24,000 nucleotides of DNA from Candidatus Woesearchaeota archaeon (lineage in GTDB: Archaea > Nanobdellota > Nanobdellia > Woesearchaeales > JAHWHD01). The notes under the pieces are model-generated. The model worked only from the letters and a program-made list of their open reading frames with translations, searched no databases and was not told where the DNA came from. Positions 1 to 8,308 of the stretch are shown here, one piece after another. Numbering within the stretch: the stretch's first letter is position 1; every line of letters begins with the position of its first letter. The position numbers and the translations under genes are program-made. The DNA lies in the NCBI GenBank assembly GCA_019323525.1, contig JAHWHD010000032.1, forward strand, positions 1-24,000. Direction: 5' to 3'.

Positions 1-144
1 ACTTATGGAAAACTAGAAATCTTGCTTAAGACTGTCGAGTCTGTCAATGGTTCAGTGCACATAATCTCTACTGACCATGACGCAGGAAAAAAACTGCACG
101 GACTCGGCGGCATTGCTGCGATTCTTCGTTACAAAATCGCTTAA
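1..144 (+). CDS. 3' end of an eRF1-domain-3 family gene (Pelota or aRF1), truncated by the window edge
   Basis: Frame 1 is open from base 1 to TAA at 142..144. It translates to TYGKLEILLKTVESVNGSVHIISTDHDAGKKLHGLGGIAAILRYKIA. The ending G-x-x-L-x-x-LGGIAAILRY is the typical C-terminus of archaeal Pelota/aRF1. These 47 aa cannot distinguish the two. Confidence 0.6.
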   Translation, partial: TYGKLEILLKTVESVNGSVHIISTDHDAGKKLHGLGGIAAILRYKIA

Positions 145-288
145 AATTTTCATATTAGAAATAAAAAGGTTTTTATAGTAGTTCTGTTTTATTTTTCTCA
201 TAATTTTCGTTTTGAAAGTACTGTGTTGGGGTAAAAAAAATTAACAAATGCACAGTAGTACTAAACAATAAAAAGGGGGGAGTATTAA

Positions 289-1095
289 ATGATTGTTAAA
301 GAAGAATTTTTAAGCAAGTTGAGAAGGTATTTTTCTCTAAACCTATACGAGGTAAAGATTTGGACTGCCCTGCTCTCAAGAGGCGTCTCAACTGCAGGAG
401 AACTATCTGATATTGCAAACGTCCCTCGTTCTAGAAGCTACGACGTTCTTGAAAGCCTTGAAAAGAAAGGCTTTGTATTGATGAAACTCGGCAAACCGAT
501 AAAGTATATTGCAGTTCCTCCTAAAGAAGTTCTTGAGAGAGTAAAGAAAAACATGCGCGAAGATGCAGATACAAAGATAAAAAGATTGGAAGAACTTAAG
601 AAGACAGATGTCATTGACGAGCTTAACACCCTGCACACTCAAGGAATAGAATTGATAGAGCCAACAGACCTTGCAGGCAGCCTTCGAGGAAGACACAACT
701 TATACAATCATCTTGAACTAACTATAAGGAACGCTGAAAAGTCAGTAACATTGATGACAACAGCTAAAGGCCTTATTAGAAAAGTCGAAGGTCTTAAACC
801 TGTTTTCGAGAGATTAAAGAAAAAAGGCGTAAAGGTGAGGATTGCAGCACCAATAACTAAAGAATCAAAGAATGCATTAACTGAAATCGCGGGCTTGGCT
901 GAAGTACGGAACGTGAAAGACCTGAATGCAAGATTCTGCATTGTTGATGGAAAAGAGCTCATTTTCATGGTTCTTGATGATAAACAGGTCCATCCAACAT
1001 ATGACGTAAGCATCTGGGTGAACACGCCTTACTTTGCAAAAGCAATGGAGAACCTGTTTAATCTTGCCTGGAAAGATATGAAGTCAGCAAGATAA
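289..1095 (+). CDS. TrmB-family winged-helix transcriptional regulator (TrmBL2-like size, no sugar-binding domain evident)
   Basis: ATG at 289 is preceded by the SD-like GGGGGGAG (274..281). The N-terminal LYEVKIWTALLSRGVSTAGELSDIANVPRSRSYDVLESLEKKGFV matches the TrmB HTH signature. The 268-aa length fits the short TrmBL2-like group. Confidence 0.8.
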   Translation: MIVKEEFLSKLRRYFSLNLYEVKIWTALLSRGVSTAGELSDIANVPRSRSYDVLESLEKKGFVLMKLGKPIKYIAVPPKEVLERVKKNMREDADTKIKRLEELKKTDVIDELNTLHTQGIELIEPTDLAGSLRGRHNLYNHLELTIRNAEKSVTLMTTAKGLIRKVEGLKPVFERLKKKGVKVRIAAPITKESKNALTEIAGLAEVRNVKDLNARFCIVDGKELIFMVLDDKQVHPTYDVSIWVNTPYFAKAMENLFNLAWKDMKSAR

Positions 1096-1097
1096 AC

Positions 1098-1112
1098 TCT
1101 TTCTTTTTTTTA
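1098..1112 (+). terminator. Oligo-T tract, candidate archaeal intrinsic terminator downstream of the TrmB-like gene
   Basis: The sequence ctttcttttttttat follows the TAA stop at 1093..1095 and contains a T8 run at 1104..1111. Archaeal RNAP terminates at oligo-T tracts. Confidence 0.4.
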
Positions 1113-1127
1113 TATTCCTTTCAAAAC

Positions 1128-1136
1128 ATATTTAAA
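1128..1136 (+). promoter_or_regulatory. TATA-box candidate for a leaderless pheS-pheT transcript
   Basis: ATATTTAAA is centred about 27 nt upstream of the pheS ATG (1160). There is no SD between them. Confidence 0.45.
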
Positions 1137-1159
1137 CTAAAATCAGTTTATACTCTAAA

Positions 1160-2689
1160 ATGGACATTAAAAACCTGGCTGAAACACTGCATCCGTTAGA
1201 GAGGAAAGTAGTACCGCTGCTTTCTAAATATTCTGATTATCAGGATCTTGTCAAACACTCCGCTTTAAAGGATGTGGAGGTCATGCGCGCACTGCAATGG
1301 TTGCAGAACAAGAAAGTGATTGGTTTAAAGGAAGAGCTCCAACAGTTAGTTAAGCTTGACAAGAATGGTAAGAGATACGAAAAAGACGGACTTCCTGAGA
1401 TACGTTTTCTTAGATCTTTAACAACAAAACCTAAACCTGTTGAGGAAATAATAAAAACATCAAAAATCGACCCATCCGAGCTTAATATTTGTATAGGTAT
1501 GCTGAAAAAGAAAGCAGCCATAGACATAAAAAAAGACGGAAAACAACTAAGCATATCAATAACCCCAAACGGCGAAAAACTTCTGAAAAAACCTACATTC
1601 GAGGAACTGCTACTTAAAGCACTTCCAAAAGAGATTTCTAAATTATCCCCAGAAGAGAAGTTTGCTTTTGATAATCTTAAATCAAGGAAAAACATAGTCA
1701 AAGTCGATATTGTAAAGATAAAGACAGTAACCCTGACAGACCTAGGAAAAAAACTCACCACAATAAAGATCGACACTAAAGTAATAGATAAGGTAACACC
1801 TAAAATGCTCTCATCAGGCTCCTGGAAAGGCAAACCTTTCAGAAGATATGATGTGGAGATTAATGTTCCAAGAATATCTGGGGGTAGAAGACATTTCACC
1901 AAAGTTGCAGCAGATTATGCTAAACAGATCTGGCTCAATATGGGTTTTAAGGAGATGACAGGACCCATGCTCGATACGTCATTCTGGATATTTGATTCAT
2001 TATTCACTGCTCAGGACCACCCTGTAAGGGAGATGCAGGATACGTTCTTTGTAAAAGAACCTGTAAAAGGAAACCTTCCTGATAAGAAACTGGTGAACGC
2101 AGTAAGAAAATCACACGAAAAAGGAACAGAAGGCAGTACAGGGTGGCAATACAAGTGGAGCGAAGAAGAAGCAAAGAAGAATGTTTTAAGGACGCATACA
2201 ACAGGGATATCTGCAAGAACAATAAGCAAACTGAAAGATGAAGACCTACCCGCAAAATTCTTTGCACTAGGCCGCTGCTTCCGAAACGAGACAATGGATT
2301 GGTCACATCTTTTTGAGCTTAACCAAACTGAAGGAATTGTTATCGATCCTAATTCGAACTTCAGACATCTTTTGGGATATCTGAAACAATTTTTTAAACA
2401 AATGGGTTTTCCTGATGCAAGGTTTAGACCCGCCCATTTTCCGTATACAGAACCCAGCGTAGAGATAGATGTTTGGCATCCTGTTCATAATACCTGGATG
2501 GAGCTGGGCGGTGCAGGAATCTTTAGACCAGAGGTAGTTGAACCTCTTCTCGGCAAGTTCGTACCTATCCTTGCCTGGGGTCCTGGTTTTGATAGGATAA
2601 TCTTAGAATATTTCGATATAAAAGACATTAGAGACCTTTACAAAAACGACATTAAACAATTAAGGGAGATAAAATACTGGTTAAAATAA
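1160..2689 (+). CDS. pheS: Phenylalanyl-tRNA synthetase alpha subunit (archaeal type)
   Basis: 509 aa. Class II motifs are present: FRNETMDWSHLFELNQTEGIV (motif 2), then GGAGIFRPEV and AWGPGFDRI (motif 3). It has the archaeal-type long N-terminal region and is followed directly by pheT. Confidence 0.95.
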   Translation: MDIKNLAETLHPLERKVVPLLSKYSDYQDLVKHSALKDVEVMRALQWLQNKKVIGLKEELQQLVKLDKNGKRYEKDGLPEIRFLRSLTTKPKPVEEIIKTSKIDPSELNICIGMLKKKAAIDIKKDGKQLSISITPNGEKLLKKPTFEELLLKALPKEISKLSPEEKFAFDNLKSRKNIVKVDIVKIKTVTLTDLGKKLTTIKIDTKVIDKVTPKMLSSGSWKGKPFRRYDVEINVPRISGGRRHFTKVAADYAKQIWLNMGFKEMTGPMLDTSFWIFDSLFTAQDHPVREMQDTFFVKEPVKGNLPDKKLVNAVRKSHEKGTEGSTGWQYKWSEEEAKKNVLRTHTTGISARTISKLKDEDLPAKFFALGRCFRNETMDWSHLFELNQTEGIVIDPNSNFRHLLGYLKQFFKQMGFPDARFRPAHFPYTEPSVEIDVWHPVHNTWMELGGAGIFRPEVVEPLLGKFVPILAWGPGFDRIILEYFDIKDIRDLYKNDIKQLREIKYWLK

Positions 2690-2699
2690 ACTATTGAAA

Positions 2700-4355
2700 A
2701 TGCCAACTGTAACACTAAACAAAAAAATATTTGAACAGCTTGTAGGAAAAAAGCTTCCTCTTGATAAACTCAAAGATAGAATCTCGATGCTCGGTACAGA
2801 CCTTGACAAGATTGAAGGAAATGAGATAATTGTGGAGGTCTTCCCTAATAGGCCTGATATGTTATCTGAGCAAGGTTTTGCAAGAGCGTTCTCATCATTT
2901 ATTGGCGTAAAGACAGGATTAAGGAAATACGATGTCAAGAAATCAGGTTACAACTTAATCGTTGAAAAATCTCTACCAAAACAGTGGCCTTATGCCTTTG
3001 CATGCATTGTCAAGGGACTTAAATTTGATGATGAGAAGATTAGAGAGGTCATCCAAATACAAGAAAAGCTTGCAATGACTATGCTAAGGAAAAGAAAAAA
3101 AGGAGGTATCGGCCTATACCCTCTTGAGAAGATTACATTCCCCGTAAGATTCACAGGCATGGACCCTGATAAGATTAAGTTTCGGCCGCTGGAATATCCA
3201 AAAGAGATTACAGGGCGACAAATACTCTCAAAACATCCTACTGGAAGAACATATGGACATCTTTGCGAAGGATGGACTAAATACCCTGTCTTTGTTGATA
3301 GTAAAGGGATTATAATGTCCATGCCCCCGATCATCAATTCACACGACGTTGGTAAAATTGACGAAACAACAAAAGACGTCTTCATCGAAGTTACAGGCAC
3401 CGATCCTATTATCTGTCAGAAAGCGCTCACAATAATAGTTACAGCACTATCTGATATGGGTGGAACGATTTACTCAATTGAATGTATGCAACAAGATGGC
3501 AAAAGACTCGACATCCCTATGCTTGCCCCTGAAAAATGGGACATAGAACCTAAATTCGTTAACAAGATGCTTGGCCTTGAACTCAAGGAACAAGATATGA
3601 AAAAACTTCTTGAGAAAATGGGCTATGGCTATGAAAAAGGCAAAGTCCTAGTTCCTGCATATCGTGCAGATATCATGCACCAAGTGGATTTTGTCGAAGA
3701 TATTGCTATAGCTTATGGTTTTGAGAAGTTTGTACCAGAGATTCCTAACGTATCTACAATCGGTGAGGAAGACAAGTTTGAGATATTTAAGAGATATATA
3801 GCAGAAATCTTGTCAGGTCTTAATCTGTTAGAGTGCGAAACATACAACATAACAAATCCTGACAATCTTAATAAAAAGATGAACAACGATTCTAAGTACA
3901 TCAAACTTTCAAACGCATTGACTGCCGATTATTCAGTTCTTCGATCATGGATACTTCCAAACTTGATGCAGGTCTTCCAAGAAAATAAGCATTATGAATA
4001 CCCCCAAAATATATTCGGTATCGGCACGGTTTTTAAGGAAAACTCAAAGACAGAAACTGGCGTTGAAGAATTTACAAGAGTTGCAGTTGCATTATGCGGT
4101 ATGGACTCTGATTACACAAAGATAAGACAGGTATTCGATTATCTTATGCAGTGCCTCGACATGAAATCACAATTCGCATCAGAGGACCACCCTTCTTTCA
4201 TAACCGGAAGGTGTGTTCGGGTTAAGTCAGAAGGAAAAGGAATAGCTTATATGGGCGAGGTTTCACCCGAAGTTCTAAGAAACTGGGATTTAGACATGCC
4301 TGTAGCAGCATTCGAACTCAACCTAACAGAACTCTTTAATATTATTAATAAATAG
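2700..4355 (+). CDS. pheT: Phenylalanyl-tRNA synthetase beta subunit (archaeal type)
   Basis: About 551 aa. VFPNRPDMLSEQGFARA is the typical archaeal PheT B3/4-region motif. The ORF-track start at 2694 is TTG. ATG at 2700 gives the canonical MPTV N-terminus, 10 nt after the pheS stop. Confidence 0.92.
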   Translation: MPTVTLNKKIFEQLVGKKLPLDKLKDRISMLGTDLDKIEGNEIIVEVFPNRPDMLSEQGFARAFSSFIGVKTGLRKYDVKKSGYNLIVEKSLPKQWPYAFACIVKGLKFDDEKIREVIQIQEKLAMTMLRKRKKGGIGLYPLEKITFPVRFTGMDPDKIKFRPLEYPKEITGRQILSKHPTGRTYGHLCEGWTKYPVFVDSKGIIMSMPPIINSHDVGKIDETTKDVFIEVTGTDPIICQKALTIIVTALSDMGGTIYSIECMQQDGKRLDIPMLAPEKWDIEPKFVNKMLGLELKEQDMKKLLEKMGYGYEKGKVLVPAYRADIMHQVDFVEDIAIAYGFEKFVPEIPNVSTIGEEDKFEIFKRYIAEILSGLNLLECETYNITNPDNLNKKMNNDSKYIKLSNALTADYSVLRSWILPNLMQVFQENKHYEYPQNIFGIGTVFKENSKTETGVEEFTRVAVALCGMDSDYTKIRQVFDYLMQCLDMKSQFASEDHPSFITGRCVRVKSEGKGIAYMGEVSPEVLRNWDLDMPVAAFELNLTELFNIINK

Positions 4356-4367
4356 AAATAATTGTTT

Positions 4368-4823
4368 TTATTCCTGAGTTTTTTCAGGCTCAGGCTTTGT
4401 TTCTTCTGTTTTCTCTTCAACTGTTTTTGGTTTTACTTCTTTCTTAACTTTCTTCTTCTCTTCCTTAGCCTTAACCTTTTCCTCTTTTTTCTTTGCTTTA
4501 GCCTCTTTCTTCTTCTCTTTAGCAGGCTTTGCAACCTCTAGCTTTCTTTTACTTCTAACCCTCTTAGGTTTTTCTTTTTTCTCTTTGGGCCTTGTAACTC
4601 TAGCTTTTAAACCAAGCCTCTCAAAGGCTTTAACAACATCATCATGTGAAGCGCCTTTCTGGATCTCAACAGTCTGCTCAAGAGGCTCTAAATGCATAAT
4701 ATTACATTTCCTTCTTCGAGTTTCGCCATCAATCATGACAAAATTATCATCTAGAACATCTACAACAACACATCTTTTGCCGGAATCACGCCCAGCAATC
4801 TTAACGCACAATCTTCCTATCAT
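4368..4823 (-). CDS. rpl14e: Ribosomal protein L14e (eL14) with a long Lys/Glu-rich C-terminal tail
   Basis: MIGRLCVKIAGRDSGKRCVVVDVLDDNFVMIDG...NIMHLEPL...IQKGAS matches the archaeal L14e KOW core. AGGAGG (4829..4834) lies about 5 nt upstream of the ATG. It is the last gene of the spc-type cluster, as in other archaea. Residues from about 78 to 151 are KE-rich low complexity. Confidence 0.9.
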   Translation of the reverse strand: MIGRLCVKIAGRDSGKRCVVVDVLDDNFVMIDGETRRRKCNIMHLEPLEQTVEIQKGASHDDVVKAFERLGLKARVTRPKEKKEKPKRVRSKRKLEVAKPAKEKKKEAKAKKKEEKVKAKEEKKKVKKEVKPKTVEEKTEETKPEPEKTQE

Positions 4824-4864
4824 TCTTCCCTCCTGTCTCCCTTACTCGTGTAGTTGTCGCCAAC

Positions 4865-5137
4865 CTACTTGAGAGATCTCGCTTTTTCTTTTAATAAGGC
4901 TCTTGAACATGCAGGACAAAGAACACCGCCAAAAGGTCTTTCAGGTCTTTTCTTTGTTTTTGCCATGTTCCTCATTTTATAAGGCAGTTCCCTAGGAACC
5001 CCTGAAAGTATTTTTCCACACTTGCCGCACTTTGCTTTTCCTGGCTTGCGCCTTCTATACTGCAGACTAGTCTTTCCTCCAGGCGTCTTTACATGCACCC
5101 TTCTCATAGTCCTTGACTTGTGTCTTCCTGCCGGCAT
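4865..5137 (-). CDS. rpl34e: Ribosomal protein L34e (eL34)
   Basis: MPAGRHKSRTMRRVHVKTPGGKTSLQYRRRKPGKAKCGKCGKILSGVP...RPFGGVLCPAC is the L34e signature with four Cys. Confidence 0.93.
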   Translation of the reverse strand: MPAGRHKSRTMRRVHVKTPGGKTSLQYRRRKPGKAKCGKCGKILSGVPRELPYKMRNMAKTKKRPERPFGGVLCPACSRALLKEKARSLK

Positions 5138-5160
5138 GTTAATCTGAAATTTCTAGTTAA

Positions 5161-5168
5161 TTTATAAA
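5161..5168 (-). promoter_or_regulatory. TATA-box candidate (TTTATAAA) for a leaderless L34e-L14e transcript (internal promoter)
   Basis: The palindromic TTTATAAA is centred about 27 nt upstream of the L34e ATG (5137). There is no SD in between. The same box recurs upstream of other first-in-unit genes in this window. Confidence 0.45.
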
Positions 5169-5186
5169 GCTTACTAATTTCTTTTA

Positions 5187-5939
5187 TTAATAAACCTTGA
5201 ATATCTTTCTGAATATCATTGAAAATATGACCGAAAAAATAATGTACGTCCAGAACCATCCAAGCCCCAAAAACACATTCATTTTTTTATTATCTATTGT
5301 AATCGATTTTACATCTGGGTCATTTTTAAATAGCTTCTCAGTGCTTTCGTATGCTTGTTCAGTAGTTATTAAAACCTCCTTACTATACACCTTATCGCCC
5401 ATTTTATAGTCAAGCGTGTAGTCTCCAGCATCGCCTTTCAACACCCACACTGCTATACCATCTTCGATCTTGAGCGTTTCAGCACTTAAAAGTTCAATAC
5501 CTTCTGGAACATTTAAAGTGACATCTCCGAACACACCTTTTCCAAGGTTCATAGTTGTTGTAAATTGCTCCCCTGGCATGATCGGAGCAAATGCAAGATT
5601 TCCATGCAACCATGAAAATATCAGTATGATTGGAATAAAAGTGAATATCGTTGACCTGAATGAGTGCATCATATACTTCATATTAGTTTCCATAGCCTTT
5701 TTCTGTACAGCCATCATCTCCTTTGGCTCGCTTCTCAACTCTTTCATCTGGTTCTGGAAAGCTTTCAGCTCGTCCTTAAGATCCTTCATAAGGCTCTGGT
5801 TAGTTGTATATTTGTATATGATGGTCATCAAGAACGCGAGTACAATAGTTATGATTAGTAAAGCAACTGTCGGACCAAAAAGTAGTAAAGGCCCGAATAT
5901 GGGGTCCAGTAGATAGTTTAGTCCTTCATAAACAACCAT
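5187..5939 (-). CDS. Archaeal YidC-like membrane insertase (DUF106 / EMC3-TMCO1 family) with an enlarged TM2-TM3 loop
   Basis: The architecture is TM1 (about residues 21..43), a charged coiled-coil (MKDLKDELKAFQNQMKELRSEPKEMMAVQKKAMETNMKYMM), TM2 (96..111) and a C-terminal TM (223..243). It sits in the conserved slot between secY and L34e that is occupied by the MJ0480-type gene in other archaea. An AGAGGT SD lies 11 nt upstream. Confidence 0.7.
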   Translation of the reverse strand: MVVYEGLNYLLDPIFGPLLLFGPTVALLIITIVLAFLMTIIYKYTTNQSLMKDLKDELKAFQNQMKELRSEPKEMMAVQKKAMETNMKYMMHSFRSTIFTFIPIILIFSWLHGNLAFAPIMPGEQFTTTMNLGKGVFGDVTLNVPEGIELLSAETLKIEDGIAVWVLKGDAGDYTLDYKMGDKVYSKEVLITTEQAYESTEKLFKNDPDVKSITIDNKKMNVFLGLGWFWTYIIFSVIFSMIFRKIFKVY

Positions 5940-5954
5940 TTTAAGTTTAAACCT

Positions 5955-7352
5955 CTAGCCCTCCATGAACTTACGCATCATAGGATGCATATCATACATG
6001 TGTTGCTTTGCTATGTCTTCATACAATTTATAGATGATCATGACCGCCAGCAACAACCCTGTACCACTTGTCAACGCCCCAGATACATCAGCGAGCGCTG
6101 CCAAGAACCCGACTGTAATTGCACCCATGACAGTCAATGGCCAGATATACCTGTTCAACAATCTTTCAAGTACTCTTTGGTCTTTCCTGAAACCAGGAAT
6201 TTGTAACCCTGATGCCATCATCTGTTTAGCCTGGCTCCTCGCATCCATACCCGAGGTCTGTACCCAGAAAATACTAAACACAACTGCACCTGCGATCATT
6301 ATTAGTATATATATTAGTGTGTGGATATATGGTCCTGCACCAATAAAGAAACTCCCTTGATTAATCAGTTGCGGTATCAGTCTTGGGGCTGTAACCCATG
6401 CAACAAGCCCTGTACTTGGAGAATTGCCTGCAAATGTTCCAAGTATCGGATGCCCCCAATTTTCAAGTATCCTCCCGAACAACTGGATATTTGCAAGTAA
6501 TGCAGCAACTAGAATAACAGGTATGTTTGATGTGTAAATAAAACTTAATGGCCACCTAATACCATGACCTCTTACCCTTCCGAACGATAAAGGAATCTCA
6601 ACCTTCATTGCTTGCCCATACACAGCAATCACAAATACAAGCGCAGTAGCAATTATTCCTGCAAGTGCCTGAACAACCTCAGTAATAGCTCCTAACGGAA
6701 GGAAATGTAATATTGCAGGTATCGCACCAACAGGCGGACCTCCCATAGTCGCAGCAAGCGGACTCAGAAGTCTGATGAACAGGCTCTGCGAAACATTTGC
6801 TGCAATGAACAATGAAACGCCAGAACCAAATCCCCATTTATTGATTACTTCGTCCATGTAAAGTATTAATACGCCTCCTAACATTAGCTGGAAAGAGATT
6901 AACATCTGCAACTGGAAATAATGTATTGTCCCAACGTATTGTGCTGGGGGCGCAAGTCCTCCCATAAAAACAAACACTAAAGCTTCGAATATGATAAATA
7001 GGAACGACATTAGCTTCTGCACTCCTTGGAACGTTCTTTTTCCTTCAGGAGTCGTCATATCAAATTTCACAATCCCTGAACCGTTTAACAACTGTAATAC
7101 GATAGATGCTGTTACGATAGGCCCAATCCCAAGAGTCAACAATGTTCCGAACTGAGCCCCGAGTATAACCGCAAACTGTTCAAACTGGAAAGCGCTGGCA
7201 GGGTCAAGACCAAACAAACCAACCATTCCAAGCGCAAAGAATATTACGAGTATTAGTAAAGTCCATTTAAGTTTTTGCTTAAAAGAAAGTCTTTTTTCCT
7301 TTGGACCTGCAACTTCTGGCAGGTTCATGATAATGTTTTTCAGCAAACCCAT
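5955..7352 (-). CDS. secY: Preprotein translocase subunit SecY
   Basis: Multi-TM protein with LPEVAGP...SFKQKLKWT at the N-terminus and the GIGPIVTASIVLQLL motif. The ORF-track start at 7388 is GTG, inside L15. ATG at 7352 lies 1 nt after the L15 stop and gives the canonical N-terminus. Confidence 0.95.
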   Translation of the reverse strand: MGLLKNIIMNLPEVAGPKEKRLSFKQKLKWTLLILVIFFALGMVGLFGLDPASAFQFEQFAVILGAQFGTLLTLGIGPIVTASIVLQLLNGSGIVKFDMTTPEGKRTFQGVQKLMSFLFIIFEALVFVFMGGLAPPAQYVGTIHYFQLQMLISFQLMLGGVLILYMDEVINKWGFGSGVSLFIAANVSQSLFIRLLSPLAATMGGPPVGAIPAILHFLPLGAITEVVQALAGIIATALVFVIAVYGQAMKVEIPLSFGRVRGHGIRWPLSFIYTSNIPVILVAALLANIQLFGRILENWGHPILGTFAGNSPSTGLVAWVTAPRLIPQLINQGSFFIGAGPYIHTLIYILIMIAGAVVFSIFWVQTSGMDARSQAKQMMASGLQIPGFRKDQRVLERLLNRYIWPLTVMGAITVGFLAALADVSGALTSGTGLLLAVMIIYKLYEDIAKQHMYDMHPMMRKFMEG

Positions 7353-7353
7353 A

Positions 7354-7914
7354 TTAAACCTCTTTTTTAGGCACTTCAGCTTCAACACTTGGTTGTTCTT
7401 TTTCTTCTTTTACTTTTATTTTGCTAACCTCTCCCTTAAGTTTTTTCTCAACTCTTTTGTTTTCCTTAACTTTAGGTTTTATAATGATCGCTTCTCCGCC
7501 AGCAGCCTTAATCTTTTCTGCAGCATCCTTTGAAAAAGCATTTGCAGTGATTTTAAACTTCTTTGTCACTTTACCATATCCCAAAATTTTGTCAAAGCCG
7601 AGTTTGGCAGCGTCAACTTCATAGACCCCGGCCTTCTCAGCGACCAAATTTTTATTAACAAACTGTTCTAATCTATCTTCTAGATATTTTATATTGACAG
7701 TCTTGACCTCTTTACTTTTAAGACCAAACCCGTATTTTCCAAAATACTTTGGATCTTTCCAAAATCTTGGCTTTTTCGCATCCCCTCTCTTACCAGTCCC
7801 TGCTCTGCCTCTGCCGCCTCTATGTCCCGCACCCCTGTGCTTTTTATGAGAACCATAGCCGTGGCTCCGGCTTGCTCTAAATTTCACGTTTTTCTTCCTT
7901 TTATTTGTGACCAT
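7354..7914 (-). CDS. rpl15: Ribosomal protein L15 (uL15) with a KE-rich C-terminal tail
   Basis: SRSHGYGSHKKHRGAGHRGGRGRAGTGKRGD is the uL15 signature. The operon position fits. Confidence 0.93.
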   Translation of the reverse strand: MVTNKRKKNVKFRASRSHGYGSHKKHRGAGHRGGRGRAGTGKRGDAKKPRFWKDPKYFGKYGFGLKSKEVKTVNIKYLEDRLEQFVNKNLVAEKAGVYEVDAAKLGFDKILGYGKVTKKFKITANAFSKDAAEKIKAAGGEAIIIKPKVKENKRVEKKLKGEVSKIKVKEEKEQPSVEAEVPKKEV

Positions 7915-7915
7915 T

Positions 7916-8308
7916 TTATATCATTCTTTTGATGAGATCGTTAATCTTTAATCCCCTATAACCCAACGCACCGCCTGACTTGAAAGATACCTTGATTCCT
8001 TTCCTTCCATAACCTTTCCTCGGCGGTTGTAACGCATAAACCCATTTGTTCAACTTTTTTTCGTCCTCACTTTTTATATTAGCTTTTTTGAAGCCTTTCT
8101 CTTGTAACGACTTCATGGTATCTCCATCAAGTTCGCCCCATGTGACAAAATCCTTTATCTTGTTGCACATGCCCCTATAATTATCATTATCGTCTACAAC
8201 AACACAATTATTTTTCCTGTATAATCTTAACATCATAAGAGTATCAGCAATACCTTTTTTGACTCCGCTCAACCCTCTAACTCTTATAATAGCTAATTTT
8301 CCAGTCAT
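7916..8308 (-). CDS. rpl30: Ribosomal protein L30 (uL30)
   Basis: LAIIRVRGLSGVKKGIADTLMMLRLYRKNNCVVV. There is an ATGA start/stop overlap with S5. Confidence 0.9.
   Translation of the reverse strand: MTGKLAIIRVRGLSGVKKGIADTLMMLRLYRKNNCVVVDDNDNYRGMCNKIKDFVTWGELDGDTMKSLQEKGFKKANIKSEDEKKLNKWVYALQPPRKGYGRKGIKVSFKSGGALGYRGLKINDLIKRMI

Noticed and set aside
145-288. I checked the non-coding gaps (145..288, 1096..1159, 4824..4864, 5138..5186, 19616..19813, 19991..20074 and 20405..20451) for tRNA, rRNA, RNase P/SRP RNA, C/D-box sRNA and CRISPR repeats.
   Set aside because: All gaps but one are too short for a tRNA or any larger structured RNA gene. By eye I found no cloverleaf arms, C/D-box pairs or direct repeats. 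Only the hairpin cluster upstream of rpl3 stood out, and it is reported separately.
4373-4394. Hairpin CCTGAG-N10-CTCAGG (also CCTGA-tttttt-TCAGG) with T-runs just after the pheT stop, inside the last codons of L14e. It could be a bidirectional terminator between the convergent operons.
   Set aside because: The stem is short and lies within coding sequence for the PEPEKTQE tail. The T5-T6 runs alone could account for termination. I cannot separate this from chance without transcript 3'-end data.
4380-4590. Purine/pyrimidine-biased low-complexity DNA (ttcttcttt/ctttttc runs), also at 10110..10310, 15080..15260 and 15925..16040. These could be mistaken for tandem repeats or a repeat array.
   Set aside because: No exact repeated unit or spacer periodicity is visible. 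The tracts are the coding sequence of the KE-rich protein tails in frame with the ribosomal protein genes. They are not CRISPR arrays or satellites.
7353-7388. ORF-track N-terminal extensions for secY (7388), rpl24 (13504), rpl23 (17862), rps5 (9105), cutA (22677), the HD gene (20446), pheT (2694), csaA (20060) and rps3 (15920).
   Set aside because: The secY, rpl24, rpl23, rps5, cutA, HD-gene, pheT and rps3 extensions begin at GTG or TTG codons, mostly inside the preceding gene. For secY, rpl24, rpl23, rps5, cutA, the HD gene and pheT, a downstream ATG gives the canonical N-terminus and sits 1-11 nt after the upstream stop or at TATA-appropriate spacing.

Two cases differ. The csaA extension (20060) is an ATG, rejected on alignment length and TATA spacing in favour of 20075. 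For rps3 the preferred downstream start (15863) is itself TTG, chosen for its strong SD and canonical N-terminus.
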